From Octopus sinensis (taxonomy: Eukaryota), in assembly GCF_006345805.1 (NCBI RefSeq), contig NC_042999.1, positions 46,128,001 to 46,192,000 on the forward strand: 64,000 nt of DNA. The letters are read 5' to 3'. The notes below the pieces were generated by a model, which had not been told where the DNA came from, did no database searches, and worked only from the letters and a program-made list of their open reading frames with translations. Each line of letters opens with the position of its first letter. Position 1 is the stretch's first letter. The translations under genes and the position numbers were made by a program. Of the stretch, positions 61,455-64,000 are shown one piece after another.

Positions 61455-61569
61455 TCTATAGAATCATGTCTCGGAGACCAGAGTTTGTTGGAATCAACCT
61501 CTTGAAAGAAATTCATATAATCGCTTCAAAGCTGCAACATACGGAATATCAAAGCCGAGCATGGAAATG
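61455..61569 (+). CDS. Candidate internal coding exon of an unidentified host gene
   Basis: About 30-nt pyrimidine tract and CAG (61452-61454); donor ATG/GTAAAT at 61570; open frame YRIMSRRPEFVGINLLKEIHIIASKLQHTEYQSRAWK (an alternative AG at 61460-61461 gives NHVSETRVCWNQPLERNSYNRFKAATYGISKPSMEM). Confidence 0.4.
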
Positions 61570-61811
61570 GTAAATATTATCATAACAGAAATACATTGTT
61601 TTGTTTTGAAGCTCTCCTTTCGATTCAGCATGCTAACATAGCTGCAATTTTTATTGCTGCTAAACAGCGTGATACAGAGCACTTGTGTTGTGTCTCATGT
61701 GGTGAGTGAGAGTGTGTGTGTGTGTGTGTGTGTGCGTGCGTGTGCATGAATGTTTCTTTCTTGGGTCTTAAAATTTGCATACTGAATATAAACAACGTCA
61801 CTGTTCATACC

Positions 61812-62545
61812 TATTTCTTTATTACCCACAAGGGGCTAAACATAGAGGGGACAAACAAGGACAGACATAGGTATTAAGTCGATTGCATCGACCCCAGTGC
61901 GTAACTGGTACTTAATTTATCGACCCCGAAAGGATGAAAGGCAAAGTCGACCTCAGTGGAATTTGAACTCAGAACATAGCGGCAGACAAAATACCGCTCA
62001 GCATTTCGTCCGGCGCGCTAACGTTTCTGCCAGCTCGCCGACTTTTTATACCATCAGTGTTATTTGTTTGCAACCATCTGTGAAAACATCTTCAACCATT
62101 AAGCTGTTTGTTTTTTAATTTTAATTTTTTTAATTTTTTAATTTTTTTATTGCCCACAAGGGGCTAAACATAGAGGGAACTAACAAGGACAGACAAAGGG
62201 ATTAAGTCGATTACATCGAACCCAGTGTGTAACTGGTACTTAATTTATCGTGAGGCGGTGAGCTGGCAGAAATGTTAGCGCGCCATGCGAAATGCTTAGC
62301 GGTATTTCGTCTGACGCAGCGTTCTGAGTTCAAATTCCGCCGAGGTCGACTTCGCCTTTCATCCTTTCGGGGTCGATAAATTAAGTACCAGTTACGCACT
62401 GGGGTCGATGTAATCGACTTAATATGTCTGTCCTTGTTTGTCCCCTCTGTGTTTAGCCCCTTGTGGGCAATAAAGAAATAGGTACTTAATTTATCGACCC
62501 CCAAAAGGATGAAAGGCAAAGTCAACCTCGGCAGAATTTAAAGGA
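61812..62545. mobile_element. SINE-D cluster (-, -, +, - pieces)
   Basis: Nearly full copies 61812-62042 (-) and 62252-62480 (+), plus fragments. Confidence 0.9.
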
Positions 62546-62709
62546 TAATGAGAAACATTATCTTATTTCGAAACAAGTGAGGGTTAGTGACAGAAAGTGC
62601 ATGGAAAAGTGGATGTTAAAACGATGATGATGATGATGATGATGATGAGTAGGTGATGTACTGAGTGCAGTACACAAAATATTTGTAATTAATTGACATT
62701 TCTTTCTTA

Positions 62710-62720
62710 TAATAATAATG

Positions 62721-62751
<31 letters not shown>

Positions 62752-62956
62752 AATTATTGTATACAGTGCTCAGGTGCACCACAACTTGTCAAAAGTTCGT
62801 ATAAAGCATATGCAGTAATGTAGAAATGTCTGGAAAGTGAACAGTGTATGAGTCAGATACATGCTTGCGTGTGTATGGAGGGGAGAAAATCAGGTGTAGT
62901 GTTGGCGAATCTCAGGAAGCATGGAAGTTTTGAAGGGTGCAGTGCTCCGACAACTA
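62710..62956 (-). mobile_element. Short 5'-truncated CR1-like 3' end with (TTA)n tail
   Basis: About 200 bp closely matching 44900-45105. Confidence 0.85.
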
Positions 62957-63624
62957 GTTGGGGAAAGAAAGAAAAAAAAACTTAACAACAATTATTAGAA
63001 ATTGTCAAATATAAGGGGAGATAATTATGTGACATATGACAGCTATTCTTTGAGCTCTGTGTATTTTTATCATAAGACTCACTTTTGTTATTTGAACATT
63101 AACCAGAACCCTTAACAGCTAATACCACTCCGAGCCTGAGCACACCTGGGGATTTTGGTGATTAGGTGACCAAAGTGTAGCTCCATATACCCAAAAGTTC
63201 CTAAAGTCTTCAGCAGGAGTTTTACCACTGGATGTAGTTCAATGGCTTACCCAAGATCTATAAATTTTTACATTAAAAACAAGAAACAAAATGATACCTT
63301 TTGACAATATAATTTGCTTAATCAAAAAAATATCATAAGCTAAAAGAAATAACTCAATCAGGCCAATATCACAAATTTGGCTAAATAAGTAGACTCTATT
63401 ATGCTGATAAGCTCTTATAGACTGAAATGATTTCATAGTTATTCCCTTGCCTGCAAGCTATGCTCAGACTTTCTCCTAAGCATGTAAATTAATTTCCAAA
63501 GAAAAAAATGTTTAATGTTTTGAAATTATTTCCCCTTTTCTTTAACAACTGGTGGCATTCACTGCTAGGTCTTTGTGTCTTTTCTCCAACTATGAGATAA
63601 ATTTTATTCAGTTAAGAATTTTTA

Positions 63625-63787
63625 GGCGCAGGAGTGGCTGTGTGTTAAGTAGCTTGCTTACAAACCACATGGTTCCGGGCTCAGTCCCTCTGCATGGCAC
63701 CTTGGGTAAGTGTCTTTTACTATAGCCTTGGGCCAAACAAAGCCTTGTGAGTGGATCTGGTAGACGGAAACTGAAAGAAGCCCGTTG

Positions 63788-63820
<33 letters not shown>

Positions 63821-64000
63821 TTGTCTCCCCAACATCGCTTGACAACCGAAGCTGGTGTGTTTACGTCCTTGTAACTTAGCAGTTCGGCAAAAGAGACCGA
63901 TAGAATAAGTACTAGTCTTACAAAGAATAAGTCCTGGGATCGATTTGCTTGACTAAAGGCGGTGCTCCAGCATGACCACAGTCAAATGGCTGAAACATGT
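63625..64000 (+). mobile_element. SINE-A running to the window edge
   Basis: Head, body and tail motifs. Confidence 0.9.

Overview
AT-rich, repeat-saturated eukaryotic non-coding DNA, intronic or intergenic. The SINE and microsatellite content resembles Octopus (an inference, not database-verified). There is no intact protein-coding gene, rRNA, true tRNA or CRISPR array, and nearly all ORFs in the track are microsatellite or SINE read-throughs. The window holds about 20 copies of one tRNA-derived SINE (my label SINE-A), three other SINE families (B, C, D), an RTE-like non-autonomous element (E), and decayed mariner/Tc1, RTE, CR1-like, RLE-type, Gypsy gag and LINE-ORF1 fragments. It also holds Helentron-like non-autonomous elements (HINEs) and very long microsatellites. 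The most notable signal is a set of Penelope-like element termini docked on (TA)n tracts that carry hammerhead ribozymes. One is a complete type I hammerhead (minus strand, 49945-50040) inside a perfect 230-bp-arm foldback; three are minimal dimer-type hammerheads with covarying stems. Other highlights: a 199-bp perfect palindrome, a twin-primed RTE insertion with an 11-bp TSD, an RLE retrotransposon fragment flanked by (CATA)n, repeated nesting of unrelated elements into the SINE-A internal (TA)n tract, and a SINE/LINE shared 3' stem-loop with compensatory changes. A few weak candidate host exons are flagged. Repeat boundaries are approximate unless exact sequence is quoted.
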